Notes: generated by a model not told the origin, from the sequence alone. A stretch of DNA of 64,000 bases from Octopus bimaculoides (GCF_001194135.2 NC_068998.1:51559191-51623190), one strand, 5' to 3'. Positions 1 through 13,419 are shown, numbered from the stretch's first letter. Translations and numbers: made by a program.

Positions 1-926
1 GACTCCAAACCATTTTGGCTTCAATAAAGCCATGCCAGGTTATTCATTCCTCCCAGAACAATAATATATCGGAGCAACATAACATATATTTAGTTATAAT
101 ATAGCCTTTTATTTGTTCCGTTCTTTGAACTTTTCTCTTGGAGGAAGGAAAGCCATGATGTGGATTTATTGATTTTTTTTTTTCTTTTATAGGTATTGTT
201 ATTAGCGCTTGTGGTAAAACATGTATAGAATAGACTTAGGAATCGTAGGTTACCTAAAGCAACTCAAAGAAGTAGAATATTTGTAGTTCTATGGATGAAA
301 GCAGTAAATATAAATTGAAATAGCAGCTAAATCTACCTTAAAAAAAAAAAAGAAAATGGTTGGTGCGTTGGATGATGCAGTCTTAGATAAACTGTTTGGA
401 AAAAATAAATACAGATGACCATAGCTCAGCCATTTGATCACAGGTCTCTCTCTCTCTCTATCTCAACTTGGTCAATGTTGACCTGAAGCTAAACAACATT
501 CTCTGCTGGCATCCTTTGCTTTAAGGATTCCATGTTCCTGTGTTGCCATGATATGGAATTCTGTGAAATAAATTTATGTAAAATAAATTTCACCAGTTGA
601 TTTATCGGTTATAAATCAAGATTTGTTTCAATGGTATTTAAGAAAAAAACTTTTTTTATACATGAAGCTATAAATTTTTAAACATGCACCATATAGTGTA
701 TGTGTATATGTCTATGTACATACACACACACACACATACACATGGCTACATGGCTGTGCCATGTAAAAAAAATCACCCAGTACACTCTGTAAAATAATTA
801 GCATTAGGAAGCCATAAGAAAACAGACTAATGTAGACAGTTGGAGCCTGGTTCTGCTCGCCGGCTTGCCAGCTCAAACTCTCCAGCCCACACCAGCATGG
901 AAAGCAGATGTATGATAATAATGATG

Positions 927-965
<39 letters not shown>

Positions 966-1519
966 CATACGTGTTTGGAAAACTGTAAAGAGTGAAAAGT
1001 GCCTACACAAAACCTTCCTTCCATCAGGTCTGTGTTAAGCTGCATTTTTAAATATTTCTTTTATGCATCACAATTTTCCATTTAAGAAACACTATTTTTT
1101 AATCTATGTGTGTTTGTGTATGAATGAATGAATGAATGAATGAATGAATGAATAGATGGAAAGATAAAAGTCACAATCAAGTAGCATTTAGAGATTTAAG
1201 TATCTAATACCATGTTAACTTAGCTTCACATTACTTAAAGTTTCAGGACATGAACGTGATCCATCCTCTGATGTACAGAGTGAAGAGAATTCAAAACAAA
1301 TTTTAAAATGATGGGAATACTTGTGCCTCCATTCATCAATCCATGTTATGTGGATAGTTTGGCCAAGACGTAATTGCAATTCACTCCATTATATTCCCCA
1401 CATGGTTGGTAGATATGCTTTTCAGCCGTTTATGCTTGATAAAGAATCAACTATTGGGATTGTTGATATCTGTTACACCTCTCCATGAAAATGACTGGTC
1501 TTGTATTAAATTTTGAAAC

Positions 1520-1720
1520 ATGGTAGAACCATTAGCATGCTGGACAAAATGCTTAGGGGTATTTTCTTCTGATCCTTTATGTTCTGAGTTCAAATCTAGT
1601 CATGGTTGACTTTGCCATTCATTCCTCCAGGTTCAATAAAATAAAGTGCCTGTCAAGAACTGAAGTCTATATAATCAACTAACATCTTACAAATCTTCAG
1701 GGGTTGTGCATATAGTTGAA
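1520..1720 (+). mobile_element. Degenerate tRNA-derived SINE, family B
   Basis: Contains 'gttctgagttcaaatctagtcatggttgactttgccattcattcc', homologous to the better-preserved family B copy at 12945-13160. Confidence 0.7.
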
Positions 1721-2606
1721 AGAATTGTTATTATTGTTGGAGATAAGGAAAGGTGAGATACATAGCTGAATGATTTAGAGCTGAACAATGTAATCCCTCA
1801 GAAACAAAAACAAAAAGAAGATGGGATGGCCATATCTCGATTATCTGCTGGTTCAGTGATGACTTATAGATAAGCAACACAAACCAGCAACGCTTCAATT
1901 ATTCAAAAGTAACAAAGATCACACAACCCACATTATTCATTATTCATCATTAATATCTTTTTCTTTTTATCACTTTATTCATTATTATTCATTATACCAG
2001 GTTATTGTTTGTTTTTATTCATATGTCTTTTACCCAATTGTTCGTCTGTGGTGGATGTTATCATTATCGGTGGTGGTATTATAAACAATGTTTGATGGAT
2101 TGTTGTTTTCTTATTCTTGTTTTTTTACTTATTTCTCAAGGAATTCTTCAGCTTCAAGACATTCTGTGATTCTTTGTTGTTTTTCTAATAACAATGACAG
2201 CAAATGAATGGAGGAATGTGTGTGAGTGCGTGTGCGTATGTATCTGAATGTGTGTGTGTCTCTATGTGTTTGTGTGTGTGAATGTGTGTATGCCTGAATG
2301 CGTGTGTGTGTATGATATCTGTGAACATTGTGTGTCTGAGTATGTGTGTGTACATGAATGTGTATGTGTGAGTATGATGTCTGAACATTGTGTATGTGTG
2401 TGTGTGTGGTAACTGAACATGTGTAAATGTGTCTGTCTGTGTGTGAACATGTATATATGTGTGTTTGAACATGTGTATATATATATGTGTGTGTTGGTGT
2501 TTTTATGTATATTTCTGTCAATGTATGTGTGTGTGTACATATAAATCTGTGCATGTGTGCATATGTATGCTCATGTATGTGTATGTATGACTGCATACAT
2601 ATTTCA

Positions 2607-2640
<34 letters not shown>

Positions 2641-3329
2641 CTATATGTGCCTATATATATGCAGGTATGTGTTTCAGTATGCGTGTGTATGTGTGTATGC
2701 ATGTCTATGGATGCATGTATGTGAATGTGTGTAAACATCCATATGTAATTTTAATTTTGTTTTATCCATTAATTATCTGACTATTGTTTAAAATAAAATA
2801 GACATTCATTGAATAATGATAATAATAATAATAGTAATACTAATAATGATACTACTACTACTAATAATAATAATGATAACGATAATAATAATAATAATAA
2901 TATTGATATCAGCAGCAACCAGCATTTTCTTAACATGAAAAACAGTACAAAGAACCGTAATGGCGCTAAAAGTAACTCTGAAAGCACCAAACACCAAGAT
3001 CCTTCTGTGATTAAAATTCTTTCAGAAAATTTACATTTATTGTTAATTTCTTCCATATTTCTTCTGATAATAAACAACAAACCATTTCCCAACAATAAAA
3101 ATGATGACCTACACCCCACCTCCCCCACACACACACCAGACACTTTTATTTTCTCTCTTTGAAAAACGGTAAAAAATAATAGCATTGGTTTCAATTACTA
3201 TAGTTTTGAAATTGCAGAAAATATTCTAAATTGCATATCAATAACTTCCTATTTATAAATTTTTGGAAAATGCATGAAAATAGTATTTTTTTTTTGTTTC
3301 GTTTTTTTTTTTTGTGTTTTTTTTAATCA

Positions 3330-4265
3330 ATAATTTTTTTTTTTAAGTCTTTTCTAGAATTGAAATAATTTTGCTATGTGCAGATATTTTCTTTAAACAA
3401 ACAAAAATTATATGAAAGTTTTGAATAACCAAATGATTAAAGGCTATCTGGCCATGACCATCCAATTTTTTGATTTTATTTCGTTTTATTTTTTTTGTTT
3501 TTTTTTTAATATGATAGAATTTTTCTCTCAAAGCATTTTGTGAAACTAAAATAATTTTGCAATACGAAGACTTTTTTTCTATTTAATCTTTTAAATGAGT
3601 GATTGATCAAAAGCTCTCTAGATATGACCATTCCATCTTTTTTCTTTTTTCGAGTGAGGGAATTTCTCAAAACATTTTCTGAAACTAAAATAATTTTGGA
3701 TTATGAAGACATTTTTTTCTTTCGTAACTTTTGACTAACTAAATGATCAAAGGCTTTCCAACCATGAACATCCCATTTTTATTCATTTATGTATTTATTT
3801 ATCCATGTATGTATGGGAATTTCCTTCTCAAAGCATTTTCTGGAACTCTGAAGAGATTTAAGAAAGAAATCTTTGTTGCTTTTAAGTAACTGAATGATCA
3901 AAGGTACGCAGTAATATTCATGATCAAAGATTTTCCAGCTATGGCCACCACTGCCTATTTCTTTTTTTGTTTTTTCTACTAGAAGGAATTTATTTTTAAA
4001 AGTATTTTCTGGAACTAAAATAATTATCTTTGACTGGCTGAATAACCTAAGGAACTCCAGTTATGACTTTGATCAAAGAAGTTCCAGTTATGACCACCCC
4101 ATCTGTTTTAGGATGTCCATGGATTGTATTGTGATTACATTATCTGGAATTGTGTAAACATTTTCTTAGAAGAATCTTTGCTACCTTTTCTGTAACTGAA
4201 TGATCAAAAAACGCCAGCCATGTTGATTATCAAAGCCATTCCAAATCCAAATGTAACTCTTCCAT
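3330..4265 (+). repeat. Degenerate tandem array of ~6 units, period ~140-160 bp
   Basis: Blocks 'ctcaaa(g/a)cattttctg(g/a)aactaaaataatt' and '(a/g)aatgatcaaagg..ttccagc(c/t)atgacca' recur at about 3430, 3600, 3740, 3890, 4050 and 4200. Confidence 0.8.
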
Positions 4266-4274
4266 CCTTTTCGC

Positions 4275-4545
4275 TTTTGATATATGTGGTTAAGATACTT
4301 GCTTTGCAACCATGAGGCTTTGGGTTCAATCCAAGTACACTGTACCTTGAACAAATGTCTTCTACTATAGCTCCAGGCTGACCAATTCCTTGTGAGTAAA
4401 CTTAACTGATGGAAACTGTATGGAAGCCCATCGTGTGTGTGTGTGTTTGTTGGTTTGTTTACAAACCCGTAACTTAGCAGTTTGGAAAAAGAGGCTGGTA
4501 GAAAATATGTACCAAGGTCAATTTATTCAACTAAAAGCTGAAGAG
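4275..4545 (+). mobile_element. tRNA-derived SINE family A, degenerate
   Basis: Head 'gtggttaagatacttgctttgcaaccatgaggctttgggttcaatcc', body 'ctatagctccaggctgaccaa...gatggaaactg', and a (TG)n linker, as in the full copy at 20293. Confidence 0.8.
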
Positions 4546-5760
4546 AATCTATAATGGTGTGAATTTTACTGGTCAAGAAGGGCCCACAAAAGCAATGGAC
4601 ACTTCCCCTTTCTCCACACTCAGCAAAAATAAAAGAAAAAACCCTTAGCAATTATTAAAGGCTATGGTTTGCTGATGAGGTTGAAATAAGACTAAAAGAC
4701 ATCTAGATTTATCTCCCCTACTTACCAGGACAGTGAAAATAATATTAGTCCTGAACTCAAAGTGTTTGGTTTTTTTTCTTTCATCACCTCATAATAATTT
4801 CATTTAGCCTTTTACTGCTCCCTACTTCTAAAATATTAACACTATCATATTGTAATAATGAATCTATATACTCAGAGATGCCAGCAACATGATAAATAGA
4901 TAGCGTTAGCATTAACATATTTAATGCTGAAAGCTGATAATTGGAAATAAATATCCAGTGAGGATAAAGCAATATTAATCACTGATTAATATTATTTTGA
5001 ACATTTCAGCAAGTAAAGTGACAACCACTCCGGACAATGCACCCTGCGTTAAATAAGCTAACACCAACTTAACTATTAATAATGTAAGTTAATCCTCCAC
5101 TATTTGTTAACAGGTTCTTGAAATACTTTATATCATCTATCAAAGATTAATGGCTGCTAGGCTTTATAATACAGAACGGCACCAAATTTTCTAATATTTC
5201 ACTAAAAGATAAAAAATAAAATGAAAACGTCTGAGAACATACTTTCAGTAGGCCAAGAGAGTGTATATGTAATCATCTAATCTGCTAGAAACAGCAGCCA
5301 AATGTTCTTTAAACTGCATGCTAATATTGTGAGCAAGGCAAGGACACATTAGATAATGTAGTCCTAGATGGGCCTAACAAGACTTGAGGCTTGTGGTTGA
5401 ATAACAACAACATACCTTCTGTTGAGCCAATGAGAGAGCCTGTAAATGACTGCTAGACGTGTTAGAAATAGCAGCCAAATCTCCCTCCAACCATACTTGA
5501 TTGTCTTAAAAAATGGCAGTGTAGTCCTTCGTATTCAAAATGCTGTCACTTATCTGTTATCTTTTACTTGTTTCAGTCAACAGCACTTTGGCCATGCTGC
5601 AATCCATTGCCAGTTCTCTACTTTTAGTAACTAAATCATAAAACAAATGGCTACAAATCTTCTGTGAAAGCATGCTTGGTCTTCAGGAAATATTTCCTTT
5701 CTTTAAAACTGAAACAGGTGAGGCTTAATGACAGTTACTTACCACACAGCCACTCCTATG

Positions 5761-5789
<29 letters not shown>

Positions 5790-5799
<10 letters not shown>

Positions 5800-5963
5800 G
5801 ATAGGCTTCTTCCAGTTTCTGTCTACCAAATCCGTTCACAAGGCTTTGGTCAGCCTGAGGCTATAGTAGAAGACACTCGCTTGCCTAAAGTGTCACGCAG
5901 TGGAACTGAACCCAGAACCATGTGATTAGGAAGCAAGCTTTTAACCACACAGCCATGCCTGCA

Positions 5964-5965
<2 letters not shown>
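5790..5965 (-). mobile_element. SINE family A, 5' half
   Basis: Reverse complement of the family A head and body ('ggcttcttccagtttctgtctaccaaatccgttcacaaggctttggtcagcctgaggctatagtagaagacac'). Confidence 0.85.
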
Positions 5966-6015
<50 letters not shown>

Positions 6016-6109
6016 CAGTGTTCACCAGACTATTGGATGTTCTTATATATTGCTAGTCACAATGTGCTTTGAGTTTACTCTTGATTGCATCTCCTTCTTT
6101 TACATCTTG

Positions 6110-6470
6110 GCCCAAAAAATTGTTTAATTAGATTGCCTTCTCATTGTCATGGAAGCTTTCCAAATGGCCTTTCCTCATCTCTTGAATAACACTTGGCAAC
6201 TACACAGGCTTACCTTTTGTCTTTGAACCTTGCAGATTATCTGGCCCAACAGAAATTTTGTTTTCAGTATTCTACAATCATGTCATTCACTCTGCTCTGT
6301 TCTTGCTGCGTTACGTCATTTCAGATGTTCTCTTGTAAAGATATTTCTAGCCAGGATCTTTCCCTGGCCCTTTGCATTGCAGCCAATCAATGTTGTTCTC
6401 TCTTCATAGTAGCTAAGAATCACTAAAAAGCTGGTGATCAATGGCATACTTGGTTTTCTCAAAACATTCA
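6110..6470 (-). mobile_element. Decayed RTE-clade LINE, ORF2 C-terminal fragment
   Basis: Minus-strand translation ISLQENI*NDVTQQEQSRVNDMIVEY*KQNFCWAR*SARFKDKR*ACVVAKCYSRDEERPFGKLP fits the RTE C-terminal pattern (...WAGHxARxxDxRW...W.PR..KR..GRP..RW). Multiple stops. Confidence 0.7.
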
Positions 6471-7154
6471 GTAAGACTCTGTAATAAGTTGACTTTTATG
6501 ATTCAAAAGAAATGCCATAGTGGGATATTTGATCTTCTGAAAAGCATGTCCAACCAAAATTAATCTTTCCAAACATAAAATACTGTTAGCTGAGAAAGTT
6601 CATATTTTTTCAATTAGCTATTCATTATTTATTGTTTGACGAAAATGAGCTCCGAAAGTGGAAATTATGAAAGAATGCATTCAACTTGTCGCTTTGTGTT
6701 TATTGCACAAGCCTGACTAATATAGAACAAAATTGTTTCTGTGATTACTTTTGCAAAGTAGGATTTAAGCAGTCATACAATGCCTCCTAAGTGTTGACAC
6801 TTTGAATTTTTGACACTTTAAATAATTACGTGCTTCTAGGAAGAAAATTACTAAATTGAAAGCTTGGAGAAGTTCTTAGGATTCTTTGCATTTTTAACAC
6901 CATTATTGCATGCAACCAGTTATAATATCTGTTGGTTGTTGTTGAATTTATTGACAAAGGTGCAGATATAGACATGTGGTTAAGAAACTTGTTTTGCAAC
7001 TACATAGCTCCAGGTTCAGTCCTACTGGATGGTACCTTGGGCAAGTGTCTTCTATTATGACTTGTGAATGAATTTGGTAGGTGGAGTCTGGGTGGAAGCC
7101 ATGTACAAATAAATGGACAAATGAAAGAAAAAAGCACTCAACACATTTAATAGG

Positions 7155-7206
7155 AATTACATGTATTATTACATGTATTATTACATGTATTATTACATGT
7201 ATTATT
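7155..7206. repeat. 12-bp tandem repeat (ttacatgtatta) x4
   Basis: Directly visible; each unit has the palindromic core tacatgta. Confidence 0.9.
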
Positions 7207-7309
7207 TAAAGCAGTTTGATTTGCTCCATGCAACTATAAGTTTCACAGGTTTCTTTTACAAGTCTGTAAAGCTTTAAGCTGGATGGAGTTGACTCAAACT
7301 GTTTTAAAT

Positions 7310-7351
<42 letters not shown>

Positions 7352-7500
7352 CCTTTCTACTAAAGGCACAGAGCGTGAAATTTATGGGGAAGGGACTAGT
7401 CAATTACATCGATCCCAGTACACAACTGTTACTTAATTTATCGACCCCGAAAGGATGAAAGGCAACGTCAACCTCGGCAGAATTTTAACTTTGTGCCTTT
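7310..7500 (-). mobile_element. SINE family B 3' part with (TAA)n tail
   Basis: (TAA)n followed by 'tcctttctactaaaggcacagagcgtgaaattt...acttaatttatcgaccccgaaaggatgaaaggcaacgtcaacctcggcagaattt'. Confidence 0.85.
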
Positions 7501-7580
7501 GTAGAAAGAATTATTTTAATTTAATTATTTTGGAGGGTTAAAACTATCACTGTTTGAAAGATTCCAGATATTAAGCATAG

Positions 7581-7632
<52 letters not shown>

Positions 7633-7972
7633 CCTTTTGGTTGCAACAAGTAAAGAAACACAGCTTCGTAGTATCAGAAATCCAATTATTTGTATGGAAA
7701 TTATGAGTTTTCACCTATGTTTAAAGACTCATTCGAGAAATGAATTAACAGAAAAAAAATTAATGTAATAAAAACTTAAGCCTATATTGCTGCTGTTGTT
7801 GTTGTTGCTGTTGCTGTTGTTGTTGTTGCTTAACCCTTGGTCGGTCTTGATTGAGATAATGTTTGATCAAAAACATCTCAGATTCAGTTTGTAAGTACTT
7901 TTATTATTGTTTTGTTTTTTCATTATTTTCCTTGCAACACAATGTATATATAATGATACATCATCATCATCG

Positions 7973-8003
<31 letters not shown>

Positions 8004-8275
8004 TATCACCATCATCATTATCATCATCACCACCATTTAGCCAGTGGCTTTTAATTGAGGTCCATATGACCTTAGGGTTCCCTATTAGATTTTGTTGTCT
8101 AAATTTATGTGTGGAGAGATGTAGGTGTCACCGTGTGGTAAGATGCTTGCTTCCTAACCACGTGGTTCTGGGTTCAGTCCCACTATGTGGTATCTTGGGC
8201 AAGTGTCTTCTGCTATAGCGTTGGGTTGACCAAAGTCTTGAGAGAGAGAGAGAGAGAGAGAGAGAAATAGAGAGA

Positions 8276-8307
<32 letters not shown>

Positions 8308-8657
8308 TAGGGAGAGAGAGAGAGAGAAAGAGAGAGCAGGAGAGAGAATATATTAATATATTATAGATATCAATAGAAATTTTCAGTAAATGTAATTTAA
8401 AACAAGAAAAAAAAAAGCATCTTATTTCCACAAGGAAATAAAATATATATGCATACACACATTTGTGAAAGGCATAAAATACCAGCTATGCATGCCATGT
8501 ATGCATGATTGTTGAATATACACACATACACACACATATATATACACATATATACATATATATGTATATACATATATATATGTATGTATGAACATAAGAT
8601 GTTAATATGCTAATATGCATACGTGATTTATGTAAGATGCTTGTGTGTGTGCGTGCA

Positions 8658-8713
<56 letters not shown>

Positions 8714-9078
8714 CCATCACACTTTCAGCAATTGAAGAAGAAGAATCTTTTAATCCAGTTATTGCAGTTTCTTGCGATGTCTTGCAAGTGCACAGCAACA
8801 GAGACAGCATATTGTGTGTGTGTGTGGGGGCGGGGGTTAGAATATGCCGGATTAGCTGAAAATCAGATTTTCATTCACGACAAAAGATGGAGGGAAGAAA
8901 AAAGAAAAAAGAAGGGAAACAAACAAGAAGAAAATGAGGAAGAAAAAGGTTCCCTTTCTTACTCCCCCACACACAAAAACAAAATCAACACTATATATAT
9001 AAACAAATAAATGTACCTTCAGATTTGTGCATTATATGAATTCTATAACAGTAATGCTACATATACATGTACATACAT

Positions 9079-9119
<41 letters not shown>

Positions 9120-9129
9120 NNNNNNNNNN
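9120..9129. other. Assembly gap (10 N) inside a (TA)n tract
   Basis: N run. Confidence 1.
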
Positions 9130-9168
<39 letters not shown>

Positions 9169-9354
9169 GTATATGTACACATGTATGTGGGTATATATAT
9201 TATAAAGAAATAAAATTAAACAAAATATGGGATAATGTATGAAATGGAATGGAATCAAATAATGATATATCTTAGAGAATTTATAGCTGTGAAAGCAGGT
9301 ATTTTTTAAGAACATTTTTGGTTGGATAATTTAGAATTAATACATACATATATG

Positions 9355-9414
<60 letters not shown>

Positions 9415-10409
9415 CACACACACACACACACACAAATACATGCCCACAGCAGAAGCTTATACAAATGTCTTACATCAAATGGGCAACCATTAAAGAGAGA
9501 GAGAAAGAGTGAAAGAAGTAGGGTGAGAGTGTGAGATAGAGAAGGGCTGGTTTGGTGAAACAAAATATTTTAGCAGAGATTGACTCAAAGAAATCGTTAA
9601 TACAATATTCTTGTAACACTTCATTAATACAACCATTTGGGTTTTTTTTTCTTTTTCCTGTTTGGAATCTCACAAACTTACAAACAAAAGCTGAGAAAAT
9701 AGAAAAGGTATAAAATAATTAATGTGGGCAGTTGCTATGCAGACACTCAGGTTGCAAGAAATAATAGCTAAACCTCTCTCAAATCATGTACTTTATGGCC
9801 ATCAATAGAAGAATTATCACAATACACTTTGTAAAGTGGTTGGTGTTAGAAAGGCCATTCAGCCATAGAAATATTTCCAAAGAAGACATTGGAAACCAAT
9901 GCAGCCCTTAAATTATTTAGATCCAGCCCTAGTCAGCATAGTTTCACAACCATTTTTTATCTAGTGGCCCCTTTGATTTCCTTTTACTCAAATGGACCCT
10001 CCTAGCCATTCGGTGTTAGAAAATTTTTTTAATATTTTTATATTTAAATATTGAAATATTATTAGGAATTGTATAAAAAAGAATGTTAAAATATTTTGTT
10101 TTGCAGAAGTATAACGAAATCCATTCTTTTATATTTTAGTTGTTTAAGTCAGAATCAGGCCAACTAGGATCTCTTTCTAATGATAATCAACTAGATGATA
10201 TAATCATTACAGCCCATTTAATAATTTTGATGCCTGGGCAATTTGTATACAATCTTCAGGGTCCAATAGATTATTCTGCTTTGGTTTTATGTTCATTAGA
10301 ATGGAAAATCTTTGTTTGCAAAGCTAGATTCTTGCAAATGGCAGCAACCTTTTGACTGCATCAACATGCCAGAAGACAAATTTCTGTTGTAACAAGGAAC
10401 ACATTTTTT

Positions 10410-10660
10410 TATACGATTTTATGTAATTTTTTATATAATTTTTATATAATTTTATATAATTTATTTTATATAATTTTATATAATTTTATATAAGTTATTG
10501 TATATAATTTTATATAATTAATTTTATATAATTTTATATAAGTTATTGTATATAATTTTATATAATTTATTTTATATAATTTTATATAATTTATTTTATA
10601 TAATTTATTTTTCTATATAATTTAGCTTTATGTAATTTTATATAATTTTATATAATTTTA
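10410..10660. repeat. Nearly pure A/T minisatellite, unit ~ttttatataat with longer variants
   Basis: About 250 bp of 'tttttatataatt/ttattttatataat' with 'aagttattgtatataat' twice. Confidence 0.9.
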
Positions 10661-10929
10661 CTTATGTCTAATAAGTCCTCATTATCTACAACAATTTCCT
10701 TTTTACTCCACTTGGGGTAATTTACCCCTGTTTGTCAACTCCTGGACTAAACACTTCAAGGTGGTGCTCTAGCATGGCCACTGTCCAGTGACTGAGGCAA
10801 GTAAAAGACAACAAATGTCAGGTGGTTTGACAGTAGAAGATAACAGAAAAGTTGGGTGGTTTGGACCAATGACTATGTTAGCATCATTTCTATTGCTGAA
10901 AGCCCTTCGTAACACCAACCCTTGGTATG

Positions 10930-11083
10930 TGTGTGGGTGGGGTCAGAAGTTTGCTTCTCAATCACATGGTTCTGGATTCAGTCCCACTACGTGGCACCTT
11001 GGGCAGGTATCTTCTGCCATAGCCTCGGGCTGACCAAAGCCTTGTGAATGGATTTGGTTGATGGACATTGAGAGAAGCTCATA

Positions 11084-11124
<41 letters not shown>

Positions 11125-11360
11125 TCATTGTGTCTGCGTGTCATTGTGTCTGTTTGTCCCCCACCACTGCTTGAGAATTTGGTGTTGGTGTCTTTACGTC
11201 CCTGTGACTTAGTGGTTCAGCAAAAAAGAGCAATAGAATAAATACCAGGCTTAAAAAGAAATAAAGAATATGTACTGGGGTTGGTTCATTTGTTTAAAAA
11301 TACAAGGCATGCCCCAGCATGACCACAGTCTAATGACTGAAATGAGTAAAAGGTCAAAGA
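10930..11360 (+). mobile_element. SINE family A, near full length, degenerate
   Basis: Head, (TG)n linker and tail 'ccagcatgaccacagtctaatgactgaaatgagtaaaag' are all present. Confidence 0.85.
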
Positions 11361-11361
11361 C

Positions 11362-11515
11362 ATGATGGGCTTCTATCAGTTTCCTTCTACCAAATCCATT
11401 CACAAGGTTTTGGCTGGTTCAGCTATCTAGTAGAAGATACTTGCCCCCAGGTGCCACACGGTGGGACCACAACCAAAAACTATGTGACTATGAAATAATC
11501 TTCTCAGCTACAACA
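11362..11515 (-). mobile_element. SINE family A 5' half, inverted relative to the neighbouring copy
   Basis: 'gggcttctatcagtttccttctaccaaatccattcacaaggttttggctgg...gtagaagatacttgcccccaggtgccac'. Confidence 0.8.
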
Positions 11516-11977
11516 GCTGTGCATTGCTTTGTTTTGTTTTGTCGTTAATCTGTGATACTTTGTCACTTTCATTTTTTGAGATCTTTCTGAAGTACTTAAT
11601 ACTTGCGGTGAAGTACATTCAAAGAGCATGCGAACTCTTGTGTTTATAGAAGCGATTGAGTTGTGTCTAGCAGCCTCTGTTGCTCACCCACCACCCTCAC
11701 AGAATGACTGACATGGATACACAGAGTGGTAACCTGGAATGTGAAAGTCATTTTACATTCTTGGGAGTGACAAACTGAAAACATCCAAACACTATAAGCC
11801 TGACATGGTTGTTGATAATCATTTTGGATCTTCTTTGTATTGCATTTAACTCTGTGTGTATGTGTGTGTGTAGATATATGTGTGTGTGTAGAAATATGTG
11901 TATGGGTGTCTAGAAATGTGTGTGATGTGTATATATGTGTGTGTGGTGACAAAAGTGCTTATTTTTAATTACATACT

Positions 11978-12080
11978 GGCACCTTGTTCAAGAGCACCCA
12001 TGTCAGCACCATGTACAAGAGCACCCATGTCAGCACTACGTACAGGAGCACCTGTGCCAGTGCCATGTATAAAGGCACTC
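11978..12080 (+). repeat. ~27-bp tandem repeat (gcacccatgtcagcaccatgtacaaga) x3-4
   Basis: Directly visible; resembles the internal 'ggcacc..gtgcc.gtggcacgtaaaa' segment of the adjacent family C element. Confidence 0.8.
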
Positions 12081-12097
12081 GGGGGTTAGTATCACAT

Positions 12098-12415
12098 AAA
12101 AAGCACCCAGCACATTCAGTGAAGTGGTTGGTGTTAGGAAGGGCATCCAGCCATAGAAAACCATGCCAAAAACAGACTACTGGAGCCTGTGGCTGTCTTC
12201 CAGCCTGGCCAGCTCCTGTCAAACCATCCAACTCATGCCAGCATCATCATCATCATTTAACGTCCATTTTCCATGCTGGCATGGGTTGGATGGTTTGACA
12301 GGAGCTGGCGAGGCTGGAGGGCTACACCAAACTCCACTTTCTGTTTTGTCATGGTTTTTACAGCTGGATGCCCTTCCTAATGTGAACCACTTTACAAAGT
12401 GTACTGGGTGCTTTT
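12098..12415. mobile_element. Two tail-to-tail copies of the RTE-tail element (family C)
   Basis: Sense copy 12098-12244 and antisense copy 12245-12415. Family hallmark is 'aggaagggcatccagc...ccaacccatgccagcatggaaa..ggacgttaaa(gat)n'. Confidence 0.9.
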
Positions 12416-12789
12416 TTTGACATGGTAACAGCACTGGTGAGGTCTGCCTTGACATGTTTGTTACAATTGGATGCCCTTCCAGATGCCAACATTAAGTGAT
12501 GATGATGATGATGATGATGATGATGACAATGATGATGGTGATTGCAAAACAATCTGTAAATTTTATAACTTTCATATTGTAACCTTTATTTTCAGTTATT
12601 TTATGTTTATCTGTTTATTCAAATGGTTGTGAATCTAAGTTTATTGATATTGCTCAAATATTTCTCAAGGTTATTTCTTGGGTTTCAAACACTGATTAGA
12701 ATGTTCATTCTTCATATCTTCCTGGAGATTTGAGTGCAAATTTGCTAATCTTTGTTGCAAACATTACATTGTTCAACTGATGCTTGTTT

Positions 12790-13160
12790 TATCAACTCCT
12801 GAAAAGATGAAAGGCAAAGATGACCCTGCCAACATTTGAACTCAGAACTTGGAGTTGGAAGAAACGCTGCTAAGCATTTTTTCTGACACGGTAATGATTC
12901 TGCCAGCTCACCGCCTAAGCATTAATAATAATAATAATAATAGTCATCCTTTTTATTATAGGCACAAAGCCTGATATTTGGTGGGAAGGGACTAGTTGAT
13001 TATATTGATCCTAGTACTCAACTGGTACTTAATTTATCGACCCTGAAAGGATGAAATGCAAATTCGACCTCAGCGGAATTTGAACCCAGAATGTGAGGAC
13101 GGAAGAAATACTGCAAAGCATTTTGCCCTGCGTGCTAACGATTCTGCCAGCTCACTGCCT
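12790..13160 (-). mobile_element. Two SINE family B copies in tandem (partial 12790-12915; near full 12945-13160)
   Basis: Minus-strand head 'ggcagtgagctggcagaatcgttagcacg' (A-box-like), 'gggttcaaattcc' (B-box-like), and a (TTA)n tail. Confidence 0.9.
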
Positions 13161-13180
13161 TCAACAACAACAACAACAAC

Positions 13181-13238
<58 letters not shown>

Positions 13239-13419
13239 TTACTGAATGTGAAAAGGTTATTTGCACTCATTGGAAGAAATGTTGGTATGTGAAGTAATTA
13301 TGCACATGAAATTTTATATTTTAGAAGGAACAAAAGAGAATAGCTAAGCTAATTAATCAGTCTGCTAATGAACCGATTATAATTTTTTTTTTTTTTTTCT
13401 GTTGATTAGCTACAAGTCA

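Noticed and set aside
2129-3194. His/Thr-rich and Asn-rich ORFs, and a possible terminal exon EKQQRITECLEAEEFLEK*
   Set aside because: The ORFs derive from (TG)n and (TAA)n repeats. The short peptide has weak splice context and no recognisable homology.
4715-4732. tacttaccagg resembling the U1 snRNA 5' end
   Set aside because: The similarity stops after ~10 nt; it is just the reverse complement of a donor-like CTG|GTAAGT.
10140-10355. 71-aa non-repetitive ORF after an acceptor-like ttttag
   Set aside because: No good donor, no true ATG start and no recognisable homology.
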